Positions 27,618-46,005 of a DNA stretch of 64,000 nucleotides are shown here, piece after piece. The stretch comes from Salpingoeca rosetta. Its lineage: Eukaryota > Protista > Choanoflagellata. Where the stretch lies: NCBI GenBank assembly GCA_033442325.1, contig JAWQFM010000013.1, positions 646,642 through 710,641 on the forward strand, read 5' to 3'. Every line of letters starts with the position of its first letter. The first letter of the stretch is position 1. Made by a program: the position numbers and the translations under genes. The notes under the pieces are model-generated. The model had not been told where the DNA came from. It ran no database searches and saw only the letters and a list, made by a program, of their open reading frames with translations.

Positions 27618-28201
27618 CAGGTGTGTGTGCGTGTGTGTGTGTCTGTGTGTGTGTGTGCGTGCGTGCGTGTGTGTGTGTCTGTGTGTGTCTGTGTGTGTCT
27701 GTGTGTGTGCGCGCACGCGTCTCTCTCTCTCTCTCTCCCTCCCTCTCTCTGTGGCTGCATTATGAACGTCCTGAACACTGTGGACGGCGTCGCAAGTCGA
27801 CACACAGCATGTGTGTGCATGCGTGCGGTTGACTACGAGTATGCCTACGCTTGCCAGCAACGACCACAGCCCTCGACACCAGCCACCACCGCCACCACAG
27901 CCCTCGACACCAGCCACCACCATCACCACAAACATCAGCAACAGCAGCAGCAGCAGCAGCAGGCAGCACTAACGGCAGTACCGGCTGCAGCGCCAGTAAC
28001 TGCGAGGCCTGCACCTTCTTCCTCCCCCCCCCTACGCTGCAGCCCTGTACCGCCACCTGTCCTCGTGCGCTTTAATCGCCATCCATCTCACAGCCGCCAG
28101 CACAGACGGTGCATGCGCGCGCATATTGAACACACACCAGCAATCATGTTCTTTCCTTCTGTCAACATCAGCGCCCACCGCCCCGCTCTTGCCCTCTCGT
28201 G

Positions 28202-28279
<78 letters not shown>

Positions 28280-28458
28280 TCTGCACCCGCCTGCCCTTGG
28301 CTGAACTTGATCTGTTCACATCACATCACATCACATCATTCCTTTGAGGGCAAGAGAGGGCGCTTATTGGTGTTGTTGCAGTGCGATATGACATTCACAG
28401 CTAGGCAGCTGACGTGCATTAGAAAGTAGACTAGTCCCAGGCATTGTTTTGGTGTGAA

Positions 28459-28510
<52 letters not shown>

Positions 28511-28789
28511 GAGAGGAACAGCGGAACCTGCCTGTCGCAATCACCCTCGGTTGTTTACAGTGAACCTGAACATTGTTACATGAACATTACATGTCGCACT
28601 GTGTGAATCGCTGGAGGCCCAAATTTTCGACCTCACCCTTTACGCCTGTATGTATTGCATAACACACCCCTAGACCCCTCCCACACGTGTTCAGCAATAA
28701 TCACAATCACATCACATCTGATCAACACGTCGCGAGTTGACGAGTTGATCATTTTTTCGTCCACCACTTCGCTCCTCAAAACACACAGT

Positions 28790-31700
28790 ATGGCAAGCTC
28801 GGAGGTGCAGCAGAGGGCTGCTGCTTTGTGCATGAAGCAGACTGAAGGAGTGCACCACAAGTTCAAGAGGCAATGGTACGACAGCGACTTGAGCGACAGC
28901 AGGAAGACGGGTGCCTTGTTGTTCGACATTGCTTGCCTCCACAATGGGGATGGCATGACCCAGCACGACTTTCAGTGCCTCGCTCGTCCAGATGTTCCGG
29001 CTGCATACCTGGTCATTGGCGTCGACAGCAGCGGCACCGTCGTGGGGTGCGATGAAGCCGAGATGACAGATGGTGCAGTGCTCTCACAATTCCTCAGGTC
29101 ACGCTTGGACCCGTGCCCCGAAGTCACTGTGTACCACACCGTCCTGAAGGACGACAAGCGCGTGTTCTTGGTGGAGATTGCCGTCGACACGTCCATTGGG
29201 CAGCCTGTGCGGGTGTGCTCCAAACAGCATGGCAGTCTTCTCACCCGCAAGCCAGCCCGCGTGAGCGAGGGCAACGCCGACTGCGACGTGGCAAACAGCG
29301 TGTGGCCGTCCATCGTGTCCTTCTTTTGTGACTCTGACGAGCAACAGCAGCTCTACACAGAGTTGCGCGAGCACCTGGAGGAGACGGGGGCAAGCCAGGC
29401 TTCTCCATTCTTCAACGGCGTCCGCCGAGTCCTGATCGCCGACCAGCTGGAGGAGCACCAGGCAGTGTGGCTTGCAGCCATTCCCTGGCACGCGATCATC
29501 TCCTTTGGCGCCAACGATGGGCTGAAGCAGGCCATCCCACAGGTGACTGGTGTGGATGTTGAGGAGTTTGAGCTCGAGGCGTGCTGGAAGAAGCGTGGCG
29601 GGGTTCCCCCAAAGGAGGTTATCCAGAACGCGGCACACGGCAGCACCAGGCTCTTTCTCACAGCACCACTCGACCCGATGGACGACGACACAGGGCGCAT
29701 AGTGGCTCAGGCCTTCCAAAGTGTGCGTGCGTGAGTGCGTGTGTCGATGTGTGTGTGTGTGTGAAGGAGTGTCTGTGTGTGTGTGTGTGTGAAGGAGTGT
29801 CTGTTGACGCGTGTGTCGATGTGTGTGCGTGTGTTAAGGAGTGTCTGTTGACGCGTGTGTCGATATATATGTATATGTGTGTGTGTATGAGTGTCTGTTG
29901 ACGCGTGTGTTGCGTGTGTCGATGTGTGCGTGCATGACGGTGTGGTGTGACATGCTTACATGGAGACATCTTCTCACCACTCTCACCATGCCTGCCCCTC
30001 CCTTCCCCCGTTTCTCTTGCGCCCATATCTGTCCATGGTATTGTCAGGTTTACGACCGGGTTGAGGATGCGATCAACTCAGATGAAGCTTTGCCTGTCGT
30101 CTACGCTGCGGTTCTCAACGGGTTTATGGACAGATTTCTCGAGACGGCATGGCGGCGCATGCTGCAACACAGCAGCTCGCACGTTGTCCTCGTCGGCATT
30201 TCCTCGCAACGTGGTTCTGATCGCGTTTGGCAGGAATTCAACGAACTGAATGTTGTGGACATGTGGCAGTTCTCTTGCACCAATACCGTGCTACCCATGC
30301 TTGCCGACACCATGGGCACAACCACCAGTGACCTCATCATCGACCTCCCCACCCGAGGTACCATCCACAACGAAGACTTGGCCCCGGTGCAGGGTTACCT
30401 GACCTTGATGTACGCTCCTGAGTCCAGCACTACACCCACCGACAACAACCTCTCTCTTCGAGACCTGCAGCTGCGATTCCTGCAAGGCGGCGTGCTCACG
30501 GCACAGCTCTTGCGGCGAGAGAAGCAGGGGGATTCGTGTGTTGTCCGGCGTGACTTCCACGGCATCCTTGCGCGGGAGCTGGAAGACGCCATCGCCAGCG
30601 ACGACAGCTCGCAGCGGATTATTGCGGTGAGCCACGGCCGGACGACCGGCGCCTCGACTGTGGTGCGTCATGTGCTCCTCAACAAGGCCATGGCCAACGC
30701 CGTGACTGCCTTTGAGCTGTACAAGATTCCAAGGAACGAGAAGCAGAGGCGTGCCGTCGTTGCTCTGCTTCAGCTCGTGCACGAGCGCTCCTCGTCCCCC
30801 GTTGTCTGTCTGGTGGACAACGACGACGTCACACCTGGCCAAGTGCTCCAATTTGTGCAGTCGACAGCCCTCCACGACATACCACAGCTCGTGTTTGTGG
30901 TGACCAGCAGGAGGATGCACCGGCGCAAAACCCAGCGTGACCAGCTAGAGCTGCCACAACCCAGCATCGTACCGAGCACGAGGCATCTCCAGCTTGCGGG
31001 GGCCCTCACCGAGAAGGAGATGGAGGGCTTTGAGGCCGTGTTCAGCCACTTCAGTGGCATGTGTCGAGACCATTCTGGCAACAGCAATGGTGGCCGAGAC
31101 GCAGGGTTTCTGTGGGGCTGTGCCCTGATGGCCAACAAAGAGGACGCAGTGCTGGCCCACATCGTCGAGCATGTTGCCTGGCTCCCTGCTGACGAGGCAA
31201 GGGCTCTGCAGGCTGTGGCTGTGACCAGCGGCCTGGCGAACTCGTCCCTTCCGCTCTTTGCTGCTGAGCGGCTTCTCGTTGACCAAGGCGCTGTGGACTG
31301 GCCCTTTCTGCAAGCGAAGCGCTGTGGCTTCACTTGCCTCGTTCGCTTCCACGGCAGCCGGCTATGCGCACCTCTTCCCACTGATTTCGTCTGCCGCAGT
31401 CTCTTCCAGGCGGCGGTTGTTCGCCTGCGCGACGCATCCGTCACTGTGAGCAGCATCACCAGTGCCCTGTGGGATCCAGTCGCCCTCTTCGACACGGTCG
31501 AGCAGCTCTTGTGCATACTCGAGGCAAGTTGCCACAACGATGATACGGTGCAAGAGATCATGCGCCGTTTGTTCGCCGCGACATCCAGCGACCTGCTGCA
31601 CCTCCTCAACCGCGACCAAGGCCAGCAACTGTACGAACTTGCCATCCGCACCAGCCCGAGCAAGCACAAGGCGCACCTGCTGGCCGAGCAGGGTCAACAC

Positions 31701-32882
31701 GTCGCACTGCACAGCGAAGGCAGCATGGCCCTGATTCACATGGCGTATCGCCTTGCAGAGGACGGTGTTGCCCGGGCGACGCAGCAGGGGGCGAGTTTGC
31801 GAACCCTGTCCACCTTGATTGGTATTCGAGCACACGTCTTGAAGGTGATGATCCAGGCGCAGCTGGAAACGGGCGAGTCTCCAAACACCACCCTTGCAGC
31901 TGCACTTGCTGACGCTGAGCATTACTTTCAACGAGACGCGGATCACGACAACACGCAACTGGCGGTGGCACTGTGCACAATGGCCATCGATGTTGCCAAG
32001 CACATGGAATCGGCCGACCCCATGCGCGACATGGCGCTCAATGCAGCCCTACACTGGGCATCCCAACTGCAGTTGTGCATTACCAGCAATCGCGCAGAGG
32101 ATCCGGAGAAGGCCAGGGAAAAGCTCCGCACAATCTGGGCGGCACTAGAGTCTCTGCGTCCTCCTCCCCAGCGCAGCGTGCTGCAGAAAGCGGTGGCCGA
32201 TGCTGAGCATGATGCTGACGATGAGGACAACATCGACGTTGATGAGGCGCTGCTGTCTTCGGCGCCGCAGCTGCGCCAGTCTTCATGGCAAACCGTGAAC
32301 CAGGGCGACGCCACGATCATCTTCCGCTGCCTGACACAGCTCCTGAAGCGACGGTCCAAGATTGCTTCGTTCTACCACGTCCAAGAATGGATCCATGCTG
32401 CTGTGGCGTGTGATGACACGCAGATGCCCCTTCACGCGATTGCGCAGTCTGAATGGTACCGATGGGTCGTACAGCAAGTCGACCGCGGGCAGCTGCAGGT
32501 TCATGGCCGAGGCACCGTGTGGGCGCTGTGGCAACAGTGGCTCCTGACGGTGGCAGTGCTGTCTGGAGTGAACACCAGAATCGACGGTCGCACATCGGCT
32601 GACACCCCGCTGTGGTATCTGCAGACCAGAATGGGCGGCGAAGCCATGATCAGCGACATCCGCATGACGAAACCCGAGCACCCGTCTACTGGCGAGCTTG
32701 ACAGAGAGTGCAATGTGCGGGTGAGAGTGCATGGCAGAGACCTCGTCGTTCCGTTTCTCAACCCACCGACCCTTGAGCGTCTTGCAGCAAACATCCGAGT
32801 CCGCCCTTTTCTTCCTACACAAGTGCGCGTGTTCTTGGTCGTCAAACGCGCCAGCCTCTACGCCAAGTTGGAGAATCCTTGA
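28790..32882 (+). CDS. SAMD9-like protein: AlbA/Schlafen, SIR2-like, STAND-type P-loop NTPase, helical/TPR, putative OB-fold; 2 exons (28790-29722, 30048-32882), ~1255 aa
   Basis: AlbA: IACLHN...YLVIGVDSSGTVVG...LRSRLDP...VFLVEI. SIR2-like: LAAIPWHAIISF. Then RFLQGG, VVRRD, Walker-A-like HGRTTGASTVVRHVL, Walker-B PVVCLVDN and LTEKEMEGF, in the motif order recalled for SAMD9. Phase-0 GT-AG intron. Confidence 0.75.
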
Positions 32883-33199
32883 CACGGGCGAGCGGGCATA
32901 GCGATGATTACGCTGGACATGTACATGTGCATGTGTGTGTGCGTGTGCGTGCATGTGTGTGTGCGTGTGCGTGCGGTGAGTGTGTGTGTATGTGTGCGCG
33001 TGTGTGTGGGTGTGTGTGGGTGTGAAGAAGCTACTGTGCACGCACACTCTCCTCGCCACCATAGCAATGAGTCCAGAAGGATCTGTGGTGTATTAAGGGA
33101 TAGGGGTTATGTGCGCATATGCGTCAACAGGTCACGACAAGAAGTACACCGGCGTAAGGGCAACGACGAAATGTCACCACAACCTCACACACACACACA

Positions 33200-33277
33200 C
33201 ACAGACACACACAGACACACAGACACACAGACACACAGACACACAGACACACAGACACACAGACACACAGACACACA

Positions 33278-33315
<38 letters not shown>
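33200..33315. repeat. (ACAGACAC)n plus (CA)n intergenic tandem repeat
   Basis: Seen directly. Confidence 0.9.
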
Positions 33316-33317
<2 letters not shown>

Positions 33318-33755
33318 TGCATACTTGACACTGCAGTAACACAGGGGAAATGAAAATGAAAGAACACGATCACAACACATCGAGAAGCTCAGTGCACGCA
33401 AGCGTGCGAACGTGCAAGTAACAAAAGGTGAGGGTAGGGGTAAGGAAGGCGAATAGGGGTTGTGGGGAGAACACATGCAAGAATGGATGGGCAGCAATCC
33501 TACGGCTACACGACATGCAATGGAAACTCATGCAATAAAGAGATCAGTTAAGGCAACATAACACGTGGAGGACAGTACATTGGCGTGGAACAACCGTGGC
33601 GACGTCACAATAATGCAACGTCCCACACAACACACACACACACAGACAGAGCTACATACACACACAGCTACACACACACAGCTACATACACACACAGCTA
33701 CACACACACAGAGCTACATACACACAGCTAAACACACACAGAACTTCACACCTAA

Positions 33756-36700
33756 CTAAACATTTGTGCACTTGGCACCGGCACATCTGCCCCTCCGCCA
33801 TTGTGCGCACTTGTCGACACCAACGGTGTGATCATGATGTTCGCCACTCAGGTCACCATCGTTGGCGTGTGCATCGGCGCGATAGGAGAATTCAACCAAG
33901 CCCTCGCAGTCGCGGTACTTGCGACGATGCAGGTCGAGCTGTGTACGCGAGCCGGGCGTTGGTGGCGGCCGCGGCGGCGGTACATGGTTCGAGCTGCCAA
34001 ACACATCCTCAAGCGGCATCGGACCGAGCGCACGCGCGCACACCCCAAAGCGATCCCACCACCGCTTCCACGTCTTGCTGTTTGGTGTCTCTGTAGGCGC
34101 TGTTGGCGTGTGGTAGTGCGGGCTTTGCTGGCGACCGGCACCGCCACCATCATGCACAGCAATGCCACCGTCAGCGTCGTGTTGATGTTGGGGAGCACAG
34201 GGATCCACCTGGTTTCCATCGCGGTCCCGGTTGACACGGGAAGCAGTGAAGGACAACAGGCGACCATTGTTGAGGTGGCAAATACTGCCGCTGGTGACCG
34301 TGGGTAGCAAGGAGCCAAGGAGCCCGCTTCCCTTGATTGGCGTCTCTGAAGGGGCACCACCACGGAGGTCATCCGACTGGGATCCGCGCGTGTGCGTGCT
34401 TGTCGGCTGTGTTGGCGAACCGCTGCCGTAAGCACCACGCCTTGCCTCACGCCGCCCGCCGCGTATGGCCAACACCCGGGCTGCGCGGTCGTCGTCGTTG
34501 AAGATGCTGCTGCTACTGCTGTTGCACTTGTTGTGGGTGCGGGATAAGGTGTTGTGGCCGTTACTGAAGCTGGTGCGTTGGCGTAGCTCCTTCTTCTCCA
34601 TGAAAACATCATGATGATCATCGGCGTCACCGCGACCGTAGACATCATCGCCATCATACCCACCAGCACGATTGATATTGCCAGCATCACCACCAAGCTC
34701 GCCAAGACCGTCAACACCGGCCTGCACAGGCGACGTGCTCACGGCATTCGGTGTGCTCGAGACAACCTGTGCATGGCTGGCCAAGATGCGACCCCTGCTC
34801 CCGCCACTCCCAGTGCCGACGCCACCCGCGGTGGTTGGCAATGGCGATGAATGCGACGCGCCAACAGCGCTGCCGCGGTCATGCACACCGCTGCCTCCGC
34901 TCCCGGTGTTGGGACTGACGCTGGTGTTGTTGGGCGCGTGCGCTTGCGCTTGTGGGATGGCACGTTCAACGAGTGGTGCTCTTCGGTGTCGCATTGGGCG
35001 CGGCGTTCGTGGGCGATCTGCCACACCACCACTCGCATGCCCGTGCTTCCCTCTTCGCCCCCACCTCCCATGTTCACCATTACCATCACACTCGTCGTCA
35101 TCATCACCACCATCAGCATCGTCACCAGCAGCACGCGGTGGTTGCGTTATTTGATGAGTTGCCTTTCCAGGCGCCCCCGAGCGTTTGCAGGCAGGCACGT
35201 AGCGTCGTGGCAACGACAACGATGATGAGGCTGACAGTGCTGCTGCTGCTGTGAATGGTGGGGACGGTGACGGCGGCGAGCGCTTTGCCTGCTTCTGGTG
35301 CGTGCATGTGTGGCTGCCGGCTGCTGTTGCCGTGCGGCGTGCGCTGCTGTGGCCAAGATGGCTGTGAGCGTGCTGGACATGGCGCACACCCCCATTCCCT
35401 TCATCATCGGCGTTACTCTCTTCACCGCCATAACCTTCCTCCTCCTCCTCACCATCATCATCAAGAACATCCTCAGCAACAACGTGGTTGGTATTATCAT
35501 TATCGCAGTCATCATCACCATCATCATCGTCATCATCGTCATCATCACCATCGTCATCGTCATCATCATAGCCGTTGCTGTTGTTGTTGGTACGATGGCG
35601 GCTGCGAGCGGGGTGTCCACCACGGTCATCCGTTTGCAGTTCGGACAGGCGGAGGGCACGATGCTCACGCCTCCCGTGACGCTTCTTCTTGCTGCGGGTG
35701 GTGGTGGTGGTGGTGGCGCTGTTGTCGTCACGATACTGCCGCGTGTTCATGAGAAGCTGGCCGTCGCGCTTGCCCTGTTGCCACGCTGTTGTGTCTGCAC
35801 ATCCCTGGCAGCGGTGGCTGGGTGCGCCTGGTGGGTGCACCTCGGAGCTCCCGTCCCTGCGCACAACAACATGGTCCCACTGCAGCTGCGGCGTCGGGCA
35901 CGACGGCTCATGCGCGTGCACGGCGCGGTCGAGGAGGCGGTGCATGGTGTCGTAGTGTGGAAGCTCGGCATACGCAAGCCCGTCGACGATGTTGGCGATG
36001 GCCAGGAACGATGTGGGGAACTTGCGCAGCAGCTCCTTCCACGTGTAGCGCTTCTTGCACTCGAGCACCTCCTGCTTGCCCTTGAGCTCGCGCCAGGGGA
36101 GGCGGCCAACGTGCATCTCAATCAGTGAGTACAGCCAGCTGGCAAGGTCGTCGCGCGGGCTCTGGCTGAAGCCGCTCTGCGAGTTGATGGACCCGTATCG
36201 GGTGGTGCCGACAAACGACGCGGTATTGCTCTCTGGTTTGGGCGGCGTGGTGGCTGCATCGTTCTCGCGGAAGAAGCGCGCCAGCCCAAAGTCGATGGCA
36301 AACACGCGGTTCCACTCGCTGTTGATGCCAACAGCAAAGTTGCCGGCCTTGACGTCCCGGTGCACGATGCCGCGGCGGTGGAGGTCTTCAAGCGCCCGCA
36401 GCATGTCGCGTGCAACGTGCACGGTGGTGGGCATGTCGAACGCCTGCCCTCTGGCCTTCTTGCGGAGGGTGCTGACGTTCCTGCCAAGCAGCTGCATGCC
36501 AATGTAGTGCGCGTTCCTCTGCGTGCCGCGGAAGTACAGGCGGGGCACGTGCGCCGATGCGTTCGCGGCCTTGTACACGCGGTATTCGTGCTCCAGGTGG
36601 CACGTGCGGCCTTTGTAGTTTGCCTCCATCTTGATGGCGATGTTCTGCGGTTGCCGCGCCCGCACGCCCGTCGATGCACCAGCAGGTAACGACACGGCCG

Positions 36701-37127
36701 TAGTGGTGGTGGATGCGGTGGTTGAGGCAGCCTGTGAGACCGTGGCGGATGACGGCAGCGATGCGTTCAAGGCAGCAGCAGAGCCAGAGAGCGTCGCGTG
36801 CCCGCTGTCGTCGTTTTCATCTGTGGGTGCTGTACCGATTCGGTGGCACTGGTAAACGCGTCCGTAACCGCCCGATCCGAGCTCCTGGTACACTTGCCAC
36901 TTCCCGTGCCCTTCCACCTCCAGAACATGGCCAATGGCGAACTTGACGTCGGATCGCTTGGCCTGTCGCTTCTGCTGCTGCGTTTGCTGTTGCTGTGGTT
37001 GCTGTGGTTGCGGTTGTTGTTGCTGCTGTGGTTGTGGCTGACGATTTCGAGCGGGCTCGTTCTCGCTCACGCTATCACGGACGTTGGTGGCCCGATTTCT
37101 TCTCTGGTGTGCCATTGCCGGGTTCAT
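33756..37127 (-). CDS. CK1-group kinase, tau-tubulin kinase (TTBK)-like, single long exon with a disordered C-terminal tail
   Basis: LGSGGYGRVY, IAIKME, MQLLGRN, HRDVKAGNFA, IDFGLAR, FVGTTRYGSIN, RDDLASWLY and GRLPWRELKGKQEV. Confidence 0.88.
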   Translation of the reverse strand: MNPAMAHQRRNRATNVRDSVSENEPARNRQPQPQQQQQPQPQQPQQQQTQQQKRQAKRSDVKFAIGHVLEVEGHGKWQVYQELGSGGYGRVYQCHRIGTAPTDENDDSGHATLSGSAAALNASLPSSATVSQAASTTASTTTTAVSLPAGASTGVRARQPQNIAIKMEANYKGRTCHLEHEYRVYKAANASAHVPRLYFRGTQRNAHYIGMQLLGRNVSTLRKKARGQAFDMPTTVHVARDMLRALEDLHRRGIVHRDVKAGNFAVGINSEWNRVFAIDFGLARFFRENDAATTPPKPESNTASFVGTTRYGSINSQSGFSQSPRDDLASWLYSLIEMHVGRLPWRELKGKQEVLECKKRYTWKELLRKFPTSFLAIANIVDGLAYAELPHYDTMHRLLDRAVHAHEPSCPTPQLQWDHVVVRRDGSSEVHPPGAPSHRCQGCADTTAWQQGKRDGQLLMNTRQYRDDNSATTTTTTRSKKKRHGRREHRALRLSELQTDDRGGHPARSRHRTNNNSNGYDDDDDDGDDDDDDDDDGDDDCDNDNTNHVVAEDVLDDDGEEEEEGYGGEESNADDEGNGGVRHVQHAHSHLGHSSARRTATAAGSHTCTHQKQAKRSPPSPSPPFTAAAALSASSSLSLPRRYVPACKRSGAPGKATHQITQPPRAAGDDADGGDDDDECDGNGEHGRWGRRGKHGHASGGVADRPRTPRPMRHRRAPLVERAIPQAQAHAPNNTSVSPNTGSGGSGVHDRGSAVGASHSSPLPTTAGGVGTGSGGSRGRILASHAQVVSSTPNAVSTSPVQAGVDGLGELGGDAGNINRAGGYDGDDVYGRGDADDHHDVFMEKKELRQRTSFSNGHNTLSRTHNKCNSSSSSIFNDDDRAARVLAIRGGRREARRGAYGSGSPTQPTSTHTRGSQSDDLRGGAPSETPIKGSGLLGSLLPTVTSGSICHLNNGRLLSFTASRVNRDRDGNQVDPCAPQHQHDADGGIAVHDGGGAGRQQSPHYHTPTAPTETPNSKTWKRWWDRFGVCARALGPMPLEDVFGSSNHVPPPRPPPTPGSRTQLDLHRRKYRDCEGLVEFSYRADAHANDGDLSGEHHDHTVGVDKCAQWRRGRCAGAKCTNV

Positions 37128-37895
37128 CTTCTTGGTTGTCTCGCGCCTGCGACTGCTGCTACTGCTGCTTCGGTGCTACTGCTGCTTCGGTGTCGCTGTC
37201 GTTGTTGTCGTTGTTGTTGCTGTTTGACAGTGGAGCTTGCTGCAGTTGTTGAGCTCTCGCCCGTTTTCTTCCTCCTTGGCCTGTGCTTGGCCTTGGCCTT
37301 CTGCTTCTGTTCCTTTGTTGTTGGGTGCTGGCTTTGGGCAGGCGTCGTGGACGCTGGGGGTCCTCGTGTGTGCCGTGTGCGGTTGATGGGCGCTGCTGCG
37401 GTCGAGGTGGCGGTGTTGTAATTGCGCCCATTTTCGCCGCCGCCGCCGTCGTCGTCGCTTTCTTCTTGCTTCGCTTGCTTCACCATCATCTCAGCCTACT
37501 GCTGTTGGCGCTGTGTGATGATGGTGATGGCTGTGGTTGTCGTGGTGGTCGGGGCGATGGCGACGCTGGTCGGGTGGCCATCTGCCATGGGTTGGAGCTT
37601 GCTTGCTTGTTGCTTGCTTGTTGCTTGCTTGTTTTGCTGCTTTCGTGCTGCTTTGGCGTGTCTTGCTTGTTCCTTGCTTCGCCAAACCGAATTTCGGGCC
37701 GGAAAATCAATGAAAATCATCCACCAATCGCCCAAATTCACCCCTGAATATGCGACAGCACAAAGTGAGTTCGTCAGGACTGCTTGTTCGTCTTGGGCGG
37801 GAATGCTGCTGTTCGAATGCGCAGCCTTCATTGATTGTTGGGTTGTCTCACATGTCACGCAAGGCTGGTTGACCGAGACACACACCACGGAGGAG

Positions 37896-38696
37896 ATGGA
37901 AGATTACTTGGGGAAGCGATCCTACGAGGAGAGCAGCTGTTATGAGGCTGAGGATAACAGTGCGCAACAAGGTGCGCGCACGCGTATCGGTTTTGTCAGC
38001 CTTTTCATGTCAACTTGTGTTGGGTGTGCGCGTGTCTGTCGTTAATGTCAGTGTCCATGTCAGTGTCAGTGGCAGCCTTGCTTGTTGGACAGTTGCGAGG
38101 GAGTTGCTTGAGTCTCAGTGTGTGTATGTGTGTGTATGTGTGTGTACGTGTGTGTATGTGTGTGTTAGTGTATGTGTGTTAGTGTGTGTTAGTGTGTGTA
38201 ATCTAGATGGGACATCAACACGTGCTTGCATACTTGGAACATCTGTAACATGTTGCAATGCTGTATCGCTCATATTGATGGATGGCCTTGTTTGCTCGAT
38301 GTGTTTGGGGTTTGTGTGTGCATGCATGCGTGCGTGCATGTGTTTGTGCTTGTCTGTTCCCCTCAACCTCTCTCTTCCTCTCTCTCTCTCTCTCCCTCCC
38401 TCCCTGCTAAAGGTCCCGCTGCAGGAGAGAAGAGGAGCTGCGAGCAAGGTGCGTGTGGCATGCTCATGGTGGCTGCTGCTGCGACTTCATCGTGGCCTGC
38501 TCTATGCTGCTTGCTGACCTGCTCTGTGACCTGCTTCGTGACCTGCTCTGTGCCAGTGGGAGCACGCGCGCTGACATGATTGAGTTGGTGTCACTGCTGA
38601 TCTCTTCCAGGCTTCAGCTGGTGGACCTGCATGATGTACAGCATGCCGCAACAGGAGGTCGTTGTGTCCAAGAAGACGGGCAACCTGTTGCAGTGA
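37896..38696 (+). CDS. Possible small 3-exon hypothetical protein (~65 aa)
   Basis: Phase-consistent GT-AG exons give MEDYLGKRSYEESSCYEAEDNSAQQG-PAAGEKRSCEQG-FSWWTCMM...LLQ*. No homology recognised. Confidence 0.3.
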
Positions 38697-39262
38697 CGTG
38701 ACGACGCTGCGTGTGCTCACCATACACGCTCGCAGGTGTTTTGCCTCTTGCATCAGCAGTGTGATGCTTTTATGTGTAATCAACCTTCTAATTCATGTCA
38801 ACCACAACCTCCAAGTGCCTTGGCCTTGTTGTTGTCATTTGTTGTATTGACGAACCCTGTCATCCCTTGCCATGTTGACATGATGTGATGTGACATGATA
38901 CGACTGTATCAGCAGTTGTTCACCAGTTGCTGCTGCCAACCTGTCATCGCCACAACTCCCACTATCACCACAGCTGCCGCAACCCCTCCTTCGTCTCTGT
39001 GTTGCTGTTGCTTGCGTGCTGCAGCTTCGTGTGTGACTGCTTCCCGCACCCGTTCGGCTGTTGTCACACCATGTAATGAACCACAACACACACGCACGCC
39101 GCTGATCGAGGGACATGCGAACACAACGACAGGCCCTGCCAACAAGAAGACCGTGGCAGTGCAATGGGAGGAGGGGGAAGGAGGGTGAGTGAGCCAGGGT
39201 GTACAAACATGGGGGGGGGGGAAGAGACAACAAGACTGTGGTCTGATGCGAGGAGTGGCTGG

Positions 39263-43229
<3,967 letters not shown>

Positions 43230-43608
43230 CTTCGTTGGTGGTGTTGTGTGCACGCGTTGTTGTTACGAGCAAGCGAAGGCAAGCACGAAAATCAACAACA
43301 ATCACAAGCAGCGACAGCAGCGAAGAGCCACTGGAAGGACTGACTAACTCATCCTCTCCTCTCTCCTCCTCTCCTCCTCCGCTCCGCTTTGCTTGTCAAC
43401 TGGAACGGTGGCCGTGTCGACGCGGGTGCTGGTTGCGGTGGTTGTGATGGTGATTGGCTGCGGCCTGCTGCTTCAAGGTGTGTGTCGCTGCCTCTCGTTG
43501 GGGTCCACGTTGCTGTTGTCATCGTCATCGCCTCAAGCAGCGACAGCAGTCACGCAACGATCGCCTTCCTTCCGCATCCCAGCTCTCCTACGTGCCGCAG
43601 CCAAGATT

Positions 43609-45520
<1,912 letters not shown>

Positions 45521-45536
45521 GTGAGAGCTGAGAGGG

Positions 45537-45610
<74 letters not shown>

Positions 45611-45951
45611 TGTCTGAGATGCCTCTTTGCACAAGCGCCGCGCAAGTTGTAGATGTTGCTGTGATGGCCTAGTCTATTGCATTGCCGCTGCTATCTACAC
45701 AAGATGCACATTCACGGCAAGAACCACGTACGAAATGAACGCGCATCATCACATCGCTGCAGGACTGCGACGCAGTGAATGCACGACGAGAATTCGCTCG
45801 TCCATCCATCCATCTTCAACTCCACCGCACCCAACACAGTGCTCGGTGTGCTTGCCATTGCTCCTTGCTTCACACAGCCACTAATAAACCGTCTCCGCAT
45901 ACATGTGCCCAACGCACTCGGAACAGCACACACACACACATATGCACACAT

Positions 45952-45983
<32 letters not shown>

Positions 45984-46005
45984 GACGAATACAACGCACG
46001 CTGCT

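Noticed and set aside
34231-36855. Long + strand ORFs opposite the kinase
   Set aside because: Antisense shadows of a GC-rich coding exon.
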